From: a virus
Taxonomy: Duplodnaviria; Caudoviricetes
DNA length: 64,000 nucleotides
Reading direction: 5' to 3' (one strand)
IMG/VR virus record: IMGVR_UViG_2791355076_000001
Location: 1-64,000 of that record
Shown here piece after piece: positions 1 to 8,643 of this stretch (its first letter is position 1; every line of letters begins with the position of its first letter). The notes under the pieces are model-generated. The model was not told the DNA's origin. It saw only the letters and a list, made by a program, of their open reading frames with translations, and did no database searches. The translations under genes and the position numbers were made by a program.

Positions 1-1
1 A

Positions 2-874
2 GAAAAAGAAGGGTGGTTAACCAGCGAAAAGCGCAGAAAAGGCAATCGTAACGCAAGCAATATTTACCAGCTGAATGTAGAAAAACTATACCAATCAGCA
101 AAGAAAGCGCTTTCTCAACCAACAAAATCTGACGTGTCAAAACCTGATGCATCAGGAGTTGACCCATCAAAATTTGTTGCATCAAATTCTGTTCCCTCAA
201 AATTGAGCAAAAATAGGGATTTTGACCCGCCAGCTCCTGAGGGCGATCCATCAGTAACTTCAAAATATGATCCATCAATAAATTATTCTTCGTCGCAGAA
301 TTTTGACGCATTCAGCGACCAGCCCAAAAATGATTTTTTAACTCGTTATCCTGAAGCTGTGATTTACAGCGCCAATTTTCAAAAATGGGGCTCCGCTGAC
401 GATTTGAAGTGCGCTAAATGGCTATTCAGTCGTAAATGCGAAGTGTTTCAAGAGATGGGATTAAAAATGCCTAAAGAGCCAAATTTCACTGATTGGGCTA
501 ATGATATTCGCTTAATGACAACGATTGATGGGCATACTCACAAAGAAATTTGCCAGTTCTATAAACGAATTACGCAAGATGATTTTTGGAAAAAGAATGT
601 TCAGTGTCCTCGTACACTCAGGGCTCAATGGGATGATTTAACCTTACGTTTGGCGGGTAAGAAAAAAATCACAATCGATTCCGTAGAGCGTGATGAAACA
701 TTCCGGCTCATCTGGGGTACGGGTTGGAAACCTAAAAATAAAATCCAAGAATTAGCGGCTATTCAGGCAAAGAAAAATGGTCTAGGTCGAATGAATGAGG
801 TTGCAGGTTTAGCTGCGTGGCGAGGTATTTGGCAACAAGTCGCGGAACAAGTTGCTCAGGAAGTTTTGCTATAA
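2..874 (+). CDS. Phage replication initiator (O-like), 5'-truncated by window edge
   Basis: Frame 2 is open from base 2 (EKEGWLTSEKRRKGNRNASNIYQLN...); C-terminus WANDIRLM...DG.T...FW..N...P..LR shared with 44853..45944. Confidence 0.85.
   Translation, partial: EKEGWLTSEKRRKGNRNASNIYQLNVEKLYQSAKKALSQPTKSDVSKPDASGVDPSKFVASNSVPSKLSKNRDFDPPAPEGDPSVTSKYDPSINYSSSQNFDAFSDQPKNDFLTRYPEAVIYSANFQKWGSADDLKCAKWLFSRKCEVFQEMGLKMPKEPNFTDWANDIRLMTTIDGHTHKEICQFYKRITQDDFWKKNVQCPRTLRAQWDDLTLRLAGKKKITIDSVERDETFRLIWGTGWKPKNKIQELAAIQAKKNGLGRMNEVAGLAAWRGIWQQVAEQVAQEVLL
119..210 (+). repeat. 15-bp-period iteron-like repeats (putative ori) in replication gene
   Basis: caacaaaatctgacg/tgtcaaaacctgatg/catcaggagttgacc/catcaaaatttgttg/catcaaattctgttc/cctcaaaattgagc. 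Confidence 0.6.
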
Positions 875-880
875 GCGAGA

Positions 881-1702
881 ATGGAGAAAAATAACATGAA
901 TGGACTAATTGTTATTGATGGTGTTCAAATTCGTCGAGATATCGCGGGGCGCTATTGTTTAAATGACCTTCATCGAGTCTCAGGTGGTGAAAAACGGCAT
1001 CAACCATCGAATTGGAGTGCTTTGACTCAAACTAAAGAGTTGATTGATGAAATTTCAACCGCTCCTGAGATCACAGGAGCGGTTCCCATTGTGACCATTG
1101 TTGGTGGGCTTAACCAAGGAACGTATGTTTGCAAAGAATTAGTGTATGCCTATGCAATGTGGATAAGCCCATCATTTCATTTAAAAGTGATCCGTACTTT
1201 TGATGCATTGATAACACAGCAACACGGCGAAAAGTTAGCCGATAAAGTTCAAGCAGGGGTTATATTGCTTGAATCGATGGCAAAGAGCCTAAATTTCTCA
1301 AACTCTTCGAAATTAGGGGCGTATCAAAAATTACAAGCCATGGCAGGCTTACCCGAATTAGCCCCTGTGTATGCGATTGATGCACCAAGCGGATCAATGG
1401 ATGGTTCAAGTCGTCCAACAGTAGCTTTATCAACACTGATTAGAAAACATCAATTACCTATTTCAGCCCAGCAAGCTTATAAACGGTTGGCTGATCTCGG
1501 CATTGTTGAACGTTTATCTCGCCCAAGTACGAAAACCGCAAACAAAATGAAAGAGTTTTGGTCTGTGACTGCGCGGGGCTACCAGTTTGGGAAGAACATG
1601 ACCAGCCCTAATAATCCTCGTGAAACCCAACCCCATTTCTTTGAAAGTAAAACGGATGAATTGATCCGTATGGTGATGCTGAATAAACAGGTGAGTGCAT
1701 GA
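881..1702 (+). CDS. KilA-N domain protein (antirepressor-like)
   Basis: GRYCLNDLHR...QGTYVCKELVYAYAMWISPSFHLKV KilA-N motif. Confidence 0.85.
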   Translation: MEKNNMNGLIVIDGVQIRRDIAGRYCLNDLHRVSGGEKRHQPSNWSALTQTKELIDEISTAPEITGAVPIVTIVGGLNQGTYVCKELVYAYAMWISPSFHLKVIRTFDALITQQHGEKLADKVQAGVILLESMAKSLNFSNSSKLGAYQKLQAMAGLPELAPVYAIDAPSGSMDGSSRPTVALSTLIRKHQLPISAQQAYKRLADLGIVERLSRPSTKTANKMKEFWSVTARGYQFGKNMTSPNNPRETQPHFFESKTDELIRMVMLNKQVSA

Positions 1703-2724
1703 AATTATTATTAACACCCTATATTCAGCCCGATCTTGGAGTTGTTTTATTGAAGCCTGAAGCGGAGTTGCTTGAGCAACTTAAACAACATTCTCGCGTG
1801 ATTATTAGTGATGTACCAAAGAGTTTAGATAAATGGCCTTCTGGTGCATTAACAGGGAATGAACAGCCATTATTGAATAACAAGGACATTATTAGCTTTT
1901 TGAATAATGAAAAAGTGATCCAAGCTATGGGCGGGTTGGCATCGATGAATATGTGGATAGGCAGGAATATCCATTGCTGCCAGATTAACGATAAGCATGA
2001 CAGTTATCATCATCAGGAATTAACAACCACATGGCATAAAGACGGTGTTATACGAACCTGTTGGTATCATGATAATCATATTCGTAATTCATCAGCTGAG
2101 TGGGTTGCTGAGTTGGCTCATAAAAATCGTATTGCTTGGATGGTAGACACTATTCGTAGTCATTTGAGATTAGATGATAGCCATTCGCTGACGATACCTG
2201 ATTTTTTTGCTTTTGCCGTGATGCATAAACTGGTTAATGAATTACCTGATGCCATATTGCGCCGTATCCTAAATTGGCCTGATAAACCTAAAGAGCGCAG
2301 GGTGCATGGCGGTTTTCCTGAAGCTGATATTGTTCCCAATGAAGTAACAGCGCTATCAGCAATGAATGCGCGTTTAGATGCTATAAAACCCGTTATTAAT
2401 ATGACTGTCGATCCTGAACCTCCAGCTTCATTTCTTCTTAAACCTAAAATGCGTCGTTGGGAGAATTCCCAATGGCTTCAATGGGTAAAAACACAGCCTT
2501 GTTGTGTTTGCGGACAACAAGCTGATGATCCACATCATATTATCGGCCATGGTATGGGAGGCATGGGAACGAAAGCTCATGATTTATTCACTATTCCATT
2601 ATGTCGGCAACATCATGATGAGTTGCATCGTGATCCGAAATTGTGGGAAGCCAATTATGGTAACCAAATCGAATTGTTATTTTCTTTTTTAAACCGTTCA
2701 TTAGGAATGGGGGCATTGGTTTAA
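1699..2724 (+). CDS. DUF968/YdfU-like protein with C-terminal HNH-like Zn finger
   Basis: WVKTQPCCVCGQQADDPHH...TIPLCRQHHDELH. Confidence 0.8.
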   Translation: MKLLLTPYIQPDLGVVLLKPEAELLEQLKQHSRVIISDVPKSLDKWPSGALTGNEQPLLNNKDIISFLNNEKVIQAMGGLASMNMWIGRNIHCCQINDKHDSYHHQELTTTWHKDGVIRTCWYHDNHIRNSSAEWVAELAHKNRIAWMVDTIRSHLRLDDSHSLTIPDFFAFAVMHKLVNELPDAILRRILNWPDKPKERRVHGGFPEADIVPNEVTALSAMNARLDAIKPVINMTVDPEPPASFLLKPKMRRWENSQWLQWVKTQPCCVCGQQADDPHHIIGHGMGGMGTKAHDLFTIPLCRQHHDELHRDPKLWEANYGNQIELLFSFLNRSLGMGALV

Positions 2725-2751
2725 CGTGTATACGGCACGGGGAGTATTAGT

Positions 2752-3150
2752 ATGAGAGATATGCAGGAAGTTTTATCGCGTTGGGGTGCGTGGTCAGCTA
2801 ATGAGGGAAATAGTATCGATTACTCATCAATTGCCGCCGGTTTTAAAGGATTAATTCCAAGCTCAAGACGAAGCCGAGAGCAATGCTCAGATGATGATGG
2901 CTTAAAAATCAATAAAGCGGTATTACATTTAAAGGTAAATAATAGTTACTTGTTTCAGTTGGTTATTATGTACTATGTGAAGAATTATCCTTTGCGTTCA
3001 ATGGCTTCAAAACTCGGTATTTCTCATAATGAAGTGGCTAAGCGATTGCAGACAGCGGAGGGATTTATTGAAGGGTGTTTATCGGTTGATAACGTAAAAT
3101 TAGATATGGATAAAATAATTAGAAAACACCGCATTTACAGTCTTGCGTAA
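2752..3150 (+). CDS. Q: Late antitermination protein Q
   Basis: MRDMQEVLSRWGAW...CSDDDGL...LQTAEGFIEGCL; followed by promoter and terminator. Confidence 0.85.
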   Translation: MRDMQEVLSRWGAWSANEGNSIDYSSIAAGFKGLIPSSRRSREQCSDDDGLKINKAVLHLKVNNSYLFQLVIMYYVKNYPLRSMASKLGISHNEVAKRLQTAEGFIEGCLSVDNVKLDMDKIIRKHRIYSLA

Positions 3151-3245
3151 TTACAAAACACAATATATTGTGTTAATGATGGTTTTGATGTTACACCTCT
3201 TATCAATTAAAAACCTCGTGAGTATAGCGGGGTTGTATTTTTTAT
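3143..3245 (+). promoter_or_regulatory. Putative late promoter pR' and tR'-like terminator
   Basis: TTGCGT...TATTGT immediately after Q, then hairpin aacctcgt-gagtata-gcggggtt + T-rich tail. Confidence 0.5.
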
Positions 3246-3490
3246 AGGTCTACTTAAGCTGATTTATAGTTAAAAAATAAAGTTTGCTATCTGAATTTTT
3301 CTATGGCTTAATAGCGTCACTGGTTTGGAAGTACAGACCTATTTATGTTAGTAAGTTTAAAGTTGTTCCCGTTTAGCGTTATCCTCGATACCTCTTCATT
3401 GTGAATTCCTTCTAATTAATTCCCATAAGTAAAAATACAAAACAAACCGCCTATGCCTTATGGCAAATTAAATAAATTAAAGGAAATTCT

Positions 3491-3703
3491 ATGTCTAATA
3501 CAATGACTGGTACAGTAAAATGGTTCGATGAAGGTAAAGGTTTTGGTTTTATTACTCCAGCTGATGGCAGCAAAGATGTCTTCGTACATTTCTCTGCAAT
3601 CCAAAGTGATAGTTTCAAAACATTAGCGGAAGGCCAACAAGTTTCATTCACCATGGAAAATGGTATGAAAGGCCCAGCAGCAGGCAACGTGGTGGCTCTC
3701 TAA
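3491..3703 (+). CDS. csp: Cold-shock protein (CspA family)
   Basis: GTVKWF...[24 protein letters not shown]1/RNP2. Confidence 0.97.
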   Translation: MSNTMTGTVKWFDEGKGFGFITPADGSKDVFVHFSAIQSDSFKTLAEGQQVSFTMENGMKGPAAGNVVAL

Positions 3704-3710
3704 AGGCGCT

Positions 3711-3851
3711 ATTACTATTCGCCTCTATTTTAAATGCCCTTGTTGTAGCAGTTCACAATATAGAACATCACAATTTGATGTCACAGTGAACAATCCACAC
3801 GGCGCAAAATGTATCTTTTGCAAAAGTGTGATGACAGCTCAAATGAGTTGA
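3711..3851 (+). CDS. ymcF: YmcF/YnfQ-like small Zn-knuckle cold-shock protein, ATT start (46 aa, not in ORF track)
   Basis: ITIRLYFKCPCCSSSQYRTSQFDVTVNNPHGAKCIFCKSVM; directly after csp. Confidence 0.8.
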   Translation: MTIRLYFKCPCCSSSQYRTSQFDVTVNNPHGAKCIFCKSVMTAQMS

Positions 3852-3872
3852 GCATTAAATAGTTGAATATAC

Positions 3873-3898
3873 AAAACCTCGCTTCGGCGGGGTTTTTT
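3873..3898 (+). terminator. Rho-independent terminator
   Basis: aaaacctcgc-ttcg-gcggggtttttt. Confidence 0.85.
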
Positions 3899-3948
3899 GC
3901 TATCTACAATCCCATGTTGGTTAAAGATAAAAAATTTAGATTTTAGGG

Positions 3949-3974
3949 CTTGAAAAATACTTGCTCGTTCATAT
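3949..3974 (+). promoter_or_regulatory. Putative sigma32 promoter of hsp20
   Basis: CTTGAAA -35 followed by gttCATAT (imperfect CCCCATNT) upstream of small HSP gene. Confidence 0.45.
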
Positions 3975-4034
3975 TTATATTTTGGGTAAATAAGAGACCG
4001 CCCATAATTCACTAAATACTGAAGGAGGAGTTAT

Positions 4035-4493
4035 ATGCCTAACATTAAACCTTTTTCATTATTCCCAACATTATCTGATAACTTACTTTCAAACCGTTTT
4101 GATCAGATAGATCGCCTGTTTAGTCAGTTAACAGGCAGTAAGCCTATTGCATCACCTGTACAGACTTATAACCTGAAACAGATTGATGATAACCATTATG
4201 AACTGACGGTGAGTGTGCCAGGATATCAAGAAAATGACTTATCGGTTTCATTAAATGGTAGTCGTTTATTGATTGAAGGGAAAAAAGAAGAAAAATCAGA
4301 AGAAGACAATGATAAATGGATCCACCGAGGCATATCTCAAGGGCAATTTACGTTGCAGTTTGACCTCGGTAAGAATGTTAAAATAGAAAAAGCGGATTTA
4401 TCAAGTGGGCTTCTGACCATTGCTATTGAGTATGAGTTACCGGAAGAAGAAAAACGGCAAACAATAGCGATAGAAAATAAAGATAAAAAATAA
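4035..4493 (+). CDS. Small heat-shock protein (Hsp20/IbpA family)
   Basis: YNLKQIDDNHYELTVSVPGY...WIHRGIS...F.LQFDL...ADLSSGLLTI alpha-crystallin motifs. Confidence 0.9.
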   Translation: MPNIKPFSLFPTLSDNLLSNRFDQIDRLFSQLTGSKPIASPVQTYNLKQIDDNHYELTVSVPGYQENDLSVSLNGSRLLIEGKKEEKSEEDNDKWIHRGISQGQFTLQFDLGKNVKIEKADLSSGLLTIAIEYELPEEEKRQTIAIENKDKK

Positions 4494-4516
4494 TTGGGTT
4501 AGGTAACGTGAATAAG

Positions 4517-4554
4517 ATTAAGGCTACGCATAATGTGTAGCCTTAATTGTTTTT
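4517..4554. terminator. Terminator between hsp20 and Gabija
   Basis: attaaggctacgca-taa-tgtgtagccttaat-tgttttt. Confidence 0.75.
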
Positions 4555-4628
4555 GTGAGGGGTTTAAATTTCACTAATTCAAAGTTGAGTTCACAAGGTT
4601 TGTAAGTCGAACATAATTAGAGTGGACA

Positions 4629-4655
4629 GTCTGGTTTGAGCGAAAAGCGGAAGTT
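4629..4655 (-). repeat. Cassette-boundary site type A (TCGCTCA core)
   Basis: Minus strand aacttccgcttttcgctcaaaccagac, just downstream of gajB. Confidence 0.7.
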
Positions 4656-4679
4656 AAATGGTTAGACGTTAGCATCGAC

Positions 4680-5834
4680 TTACAGAGGTCTAACCCAATG
4701 CGGCAGCTTTATATTTGTAAGATGCTCTTCCTCAACGACAAACGCCAGGCTGTAACGAGCCCGGGTAATGGCCACGTACAGCTTGTTTCTAGATTCCTCC
4801 GTTTTATCTCTATCGAACACGCCAAGGTCGCCCCCCAGATACTTGAGATGTTTCTCCGGTGAAATAATTAGTATGCGGTCAAAACCGAGACCTTTACAGG
4901 AGCCGAAGGTGTGACAGGTGAGACTTGGTGGCAAATAGCCTTTTCCCATGAGCGATGACCATCGCAAAACTTGAGGTTTGAATATATCGAGATAATCGTT
5001 CACCTGAGATGGTTTTATGAGAAAACAGCCGTAGTGATGGGCCATTTCTGCAGGAACTTCTCCCACCTCTGATTGCGTTTGTTCATAAATACCGGGATGA
5101 ATGGTATCCGCGAGATCGCAGATTTCCTGAATACATCTGCGATTCTTCGCCAGCGAGAACAGACTAAAATTGAGGTCTTTGAAGTATTGAATCTTTTGCT
5201 CAGGTGTTTCCGGTGCCTTGTGGCCGAACGTGGTCGTGTAAATAGTTTGACGAAAATCGCCTACACAGCAAATAGAGTTATGCATTGCCTTACTGAGTGC
5301 TTTGATAACGTCAAAATCCCATCCAACCAAATCCTGAACCTCATCAAAAAAGATCCTCTGATAAATCTCTTTCAATCTGCTAGCGGGGGCATTCTTTGTT
5401 GAAGCGGAGATTCTTGTTGCCAGCTTCGCCAGCAGTCCTGTGTAAGCTTTGGTTTTGCACGGCGTCAGATAATGAAGAGGATTCAGCACCCCATTAATTT
5501 TTTCCCCTCTTTTGGGATGCCATTTCCTCGTACCAGGTATCAGGTGAGGGTTATGCTCGGTGAACATTGTAGAAGTGATTCGATCTGGAAACATGGCCGT
5601 TTGATAAGGTCTCACTAAGTCTTCTAGGTAAAATGAAAACAGGCCTTTCACAACAAAATCATCGCTGTGTTTGCCGTACAATTCCACAAAGCGAGAACGG
5701 AGCTCTGCCTGGTTGTTCATGGTGTAGGTGACGACCAATACGCGTCCGCCCGCCTTTATGACTTCAATGGCATCCTCAATGACTTTTTGGGTTTTTCCTG
5801 ATCCTGCACCGGCAATCCAGAATTCATTAGGCAA
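4680..5834 (-). CDS. gajB: Gabija GajB (UvrD-like helicase); likely TTG start overlapping the gajA stop
   Basis: AGAGSGKT Walker A, FFDEVQD, VGDFRQTIY, KGLGFD, LYVAITRAR SF1 motifs. Confidence 0.85.
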   Translation of the reverse strand: MPNEFWIAGAGSGKTQKVIEDAIEVIKAGGRVLVVTYTMNNQAELRSRFVELYGKHSDDFVVKGLFSFYLEDLVRPYQTAMFPDRITSTMFTEHNPHLIPGTRKWHPKRGEKINGVLNPLHYLTPCKTKAYTGLLAKLATRISASTKNAPASRLKEIYQRIFFDEVQDLVGWDFDVIKALSKAMHNSICCVGDFRQTIYTTTFGHKAPETPEQKIQYFKDLNFSLFSLAKNRRCIQEICDLADTIHPGIYEQTQSEVGEVPAEMAHHYGCFLIKPSQVNDYLDIFKPQVLRWSSLMGKGYLPPSLTCHTFGSCKGLGFDRILIISPEKHLKYLGGDLGVFDRDKTEESRNKLYVAITRARYSLAFVVEEEHLTNIKLPHWVRPL

Positions 5835-7485
5835 AGTCGAACACCTCATCGAGGAAAGGTGGATACCTGAAATTCAGAGTGCAATCGAACAGCTTGATAG
5901 CTGAATCGACCTTGCGAGCGCCCTTACCGTTTCCCTGGACGCTTCGAAACCAGTCGATCAGAAAGTCGCGTCGCTTATCTAAGTCGACTACTTTATCGTA
6001 GAGGTTAAACGTCTGTGTCGATAACACCACTTTGGCGAAAGCGTCCAGCGTAACCAAGTCGGTTGCATTGGCATATATCATCGCGGGTTCAAGCGAAAAC
6101 TCCTCATTTTTGGCAGAGGAGATAAGTTTGATATTGGGATAGGCTGCATAATCGGTACGCACTTTCACGACGTTTTCTTCATAGTCGCCATCGTTATCTC
6201 TGAGGACGTTTATCCGGGTACCAATTTCCATACCTACGGAGATGAACGTATCAAACCCGACTCCGCGCACGACGATGATATCAATACCATCCTGCTCGGG
6301 CAGGCGGTTGTGCTTGCGGTGGTAAATCTTCTTGAGTACTAACTCGTCTGACGGTCCCTCGACAAGGATGACTTTGTGCGACAGTGCCACGCGCAATGTG
6401 TCATAGCCCGGTAAGCGCTTTAAGGTTTTGACCACTGCAGGGGCAAGCTTATGCAGACGTTTGTATCCCGACTGAACCAGGCAGATTTTATCAATGCTCA
6501 GCTTGTTGAGCACATACGAGCTGTGAGTGGTAAGGAAGAGTTGTTTGTCACCCCGCTGATTTTCAATGTAGTGAATCAGCTTATTGAGGTTAGTGTGAGA
6601 AAGGTGATTTTCTGGCTCCTCCATCATCACCAAATCGATATCCTTCGATTTGTTCTGAATCGCGAGCTTAATCTGCACATTACTCTGCTCACCCTTGCCA
6701 ATGAACTGGAAAGGGACATCATCTACTTCAAGTTGAAGGCTGGTCTGAATAGATCCCGCTGGTAAAGTGCTTGCGGCAATGGACAGCTTTTTTTCTGTGA
6801 TCAAGTGGTCCGTATCCAAACCGGTGTTGACTGTCCTGACCTCACCTGAGTTGTTAAAAACCTGCTGATTCTCACGATAATTGAGGGTCAGCTTAACCAG
6901 CTCCTCTTTCTTTAAAGCGGTATTAAGTATGGTAGAGATATACTGATTCTTACCTAGAGTGGGGTGGATACGAGTTGGGTCGATGTATAACGCCCTGAAT
7001 TTCTTCGCTACGGCTTTAACAGGATTCCACCCGAAATCCAGCCATTCCAGCTTGTAGAATTCGATCGGGATACTCGTAATGTGCGGGTTTGTCAGTAAGT
7101 GTTCGGCGTAAACATCCTTTAGCGTGTCATCAAAACGCACCAGCACAGTGATACCTTGAGCATCGGCTTTAAGGAAATTATTTGTACCCCGGTATTCAGG
7201 CACTCCCTCAATGAATGCCTCTATTGCCAAGACAGGCAAGTGCATGGCCGATTTATCAGAAGCCAAAAAAAGCTGCACTGCATCCTTATTAAAAATGTCT
7301 GGCGTAAACTCGCTGTTGAAGGGACGGCCCCGATAGCTGTAATTCAGTACGATTTCTAGGGCTTCCAGAATAGTACTTTTACCGGCGTTGTTATCACCTA
7401 CAAAGATATTTACGTCATCGTTGAATTCAAAATGTTCATCTTTGAATTTCTTGAAATTGGTAAGCTTAATCGATTTAACCCGCAC
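5827..7485 (-). CDS. gajA: Gabija GajA (OLD-family ABC ATPase + TOPRIM nuclease)
   Basis: GDNNAGKST Walker A, MEEPENHL Walker B, TTHS, ILVEGPSDE and DND TOPRIM; paired with UvrD-like gene. Confidence 0.87.
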   Translation of the reverse strand: MRVKSIKLTNFKKFKDEHFEFNDDVNIFVGDNNAGKSTILEALEIVLNYSYRGRPFNSEFTPDIFNKDAVQLFLASDKSAMHLPVLAIEAFIEGVPEYRGTNNFLKADAQGITVLVRFDDTLKDVYAEHLLTNPHITSIPIEFYKLEWLDFGWNPVKAVAKKFRALYIDPTRIHPTLGKNQYISTILNTALKKEELVKLTLNYRENQQVFNNSGEVRTVNTGLDTDHLITEKKLSIAASTLPAGSIQTSLQLEVDDVPFQFIGKGEQSNVQIKLAIQNKSKDIDLVMMEEPENHLSHTNLNKLIHYIENQRGDKQLFLTTHSSYVLNKLSIDKICLVQSGYKRLHKLAPAVVKTLKRLPGYDTLRVALSHKVILVEGPSDELVLKKIYHRKHNRLPEQDGIDIIVVRGVGFDTFISVGMEIGTRINVLRDNDGDYEENVVKVRTDYAAYPNIKLISSAKNEEFSLEPAMIYANATDLVTLDAFAKVVLSTQTFNLYDKVVDLDKRRDFLIDWFRSVQGNGKGARKVDSAIKLFDCTLNFRYPPFLDEVFDFA

Positions 7486-7649
7486 TCTAAGTCCCTCAAG
7501 ATACTGTCAAATGATACCTCTTAAAGATATTAACTCACCGATATACCTGTGTCCACATGCAGGCTCGTTGTCCCCTTAAATCCTGCAGGCACTGAAGTGG
7601 TGGTCGACATAAATAGGCCAAGATATGAGAGCTGTTCTTGGACAACTTA

Positions 7650-7675
7650 AAGTCTGCTTTTGGCACTGTGCGGAC
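7650..7675 (-). repeat. Cassette-boundary site type B (GTGCCA core)
   Basis: Minus strand gtccgcacagtgccaaaagcagactt, upstream of gajA. Confidence 0.7.
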
Positions 7676-7772
7676 TATCTGATTAGATTTAGCCTCAAAT
7701 CATAGTAATATTAGATCGAATCTGATCATATACATCTAAATTATAGGTATGAAAGAATTTCTCAACACAAAA

Positions 7773-7878
7773 TAAAAAAATGCCGATACGCTAGGAGTCA
7801 TATCGGCATATAAAATAAACGCAAGAAGCAATGTAAGTCATGTCGTACTAATTCGTATCAAACCTGTCAATTTGATAC
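7773..7878 (-). ncRNA. ryhB-like: RyhB-like iron-regulated sRNA (~105 nt)
   Basis: Minus strand: 5' hairpin gtatcaaa/tttgatac, core AGTACGACATGACTTACATTGCTTC (cf. RyhB AGCACGACATTGCTCACATTGCTTC), terminator tgccgata/tatcggca + T run. Confidence 0.8.
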
Positions 7879-7884
7879 ATATGT

Positions 7885-7914
7885 AATGATAATTATTCTC
7901 ATTATTATATTCAA
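7885..7914 (-). promoter_or_regulatory. Sigma70 promoter with overlapping Fur box for RyhB-like sRNA
   Basis: TTGAAT-17-TATCAT with AATGAGAATAATTATCATT across spacer/-10. Confidence 0.78.
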
Positions 7915-7955
7915 CCCTAAATTAAATAAGGTTACTTTGTAGCCTTTTCGTTTAC

Positions 7956-8011
7956 GCCGACCACAGAATCAATACCCACTTATAGCGTTCACACAAGAGC
8001 TGTGAGTCGGC
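7956..8011 (+). other. Conserved stem-loop element (also at 51519..51574)
   Basis: GCCGAC-CACAG-(ATCAAT...TTCACACAA loop)-CTGTG-a-GTCGGC. Confidence 0.5.
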
Positions 8012-8282
8012 ACCTTTTAATAGGGTTTCATTCTTGATAGCACACACAAGTGCTTTTATTGCAAAAATAAAGTTTGCTATCTGAATTTTTCTATGGCTTA
8101 ATAACGTCACTGGTTTGGAAGTACAGGCCTATTTATGTTAGTCAGTTTAAAGTTGTTCACCGTTTAGCGTTATCCTCGATACCACTTCATTGCGAATTCC
8201 TTCTAATTAATTCCCATAAGTAAAAATAAAAAACAAACCCTCATATGCCTTATGGCAAATTAAATAAATTAAAGGAAATTCT

Positions 8283-8495
8283 ATGTCTAATACAATGACT
8301 GGTTCAGTAAAATGGTTTAACGATGATAAAGGTTTTGGTTTCATCACTCCTAAAGATGGAAGTAAAGATGTATTTGTACATTACTCTGCAATTCAGAGTG
8401 ATGACTTCAAATCTCTGATGGAAGGCCAAGAAGTTTCATTTACCATTGAAAATGGTATGAAAGGCCCAGCAGCAGGCAACGTGGTGGCTCTCTAA
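8283..8495 (+). CDS. csp: Cold-shock protein (CspA family), second copy
   Basis: [31 protein letters not shown]. Confidence 0.97.
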   Translation: MSNTMTGSVKWFNDDKGFGFITPKDGSKDVFVHYSAIQSDDFKSLMEGQEVSFTIENGMKGPAAGNVVAL

Positions 8496-8502
8496 AGGCG
8501 CT

Positions 8503-8643
8503 ATTACTATTCGCCTCTATTTTAAATGCCCTTGTTGTAGCGGTTCACAATATAGAACATCACAATTTGATGTTACAGTGAACAATCCACACGGCGCAAA
8601 ATGTATTTTTTGTAAGACTGTGATGGCTGCTCAAATGAGTTAA
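8503..8643 (+). CDS. ymcF: YmcF/YnfQ-like small protein, ATT start, second copy
   Basis: FKCPCCSGSQYRTSQFDVTVNNPHGAKCIFCKTVM; several synonymous differences vs copy 1. Confidence 0.8.
   Translation: MTIRLYFKCPCCSGSQYRTSQFDVTVNNPHGAKCIFCKTVMAAQMS

Larger units (their letters stand above)
3273..3898 (+). repeat. Direct repeat copy 1 of csp module (promoter/long 5'UTR, csp, ymcF-like ORF, terminator)
   Basis: Near-identical to 8063..8691. Confidence 0.92.

Noticed and set aside
5073-7579. Plus-strand ORFs within Gabija (5073, 6451, 7156, 7388)
   Set aside because: Antisense shadows of well-supported genes, with no motifs.
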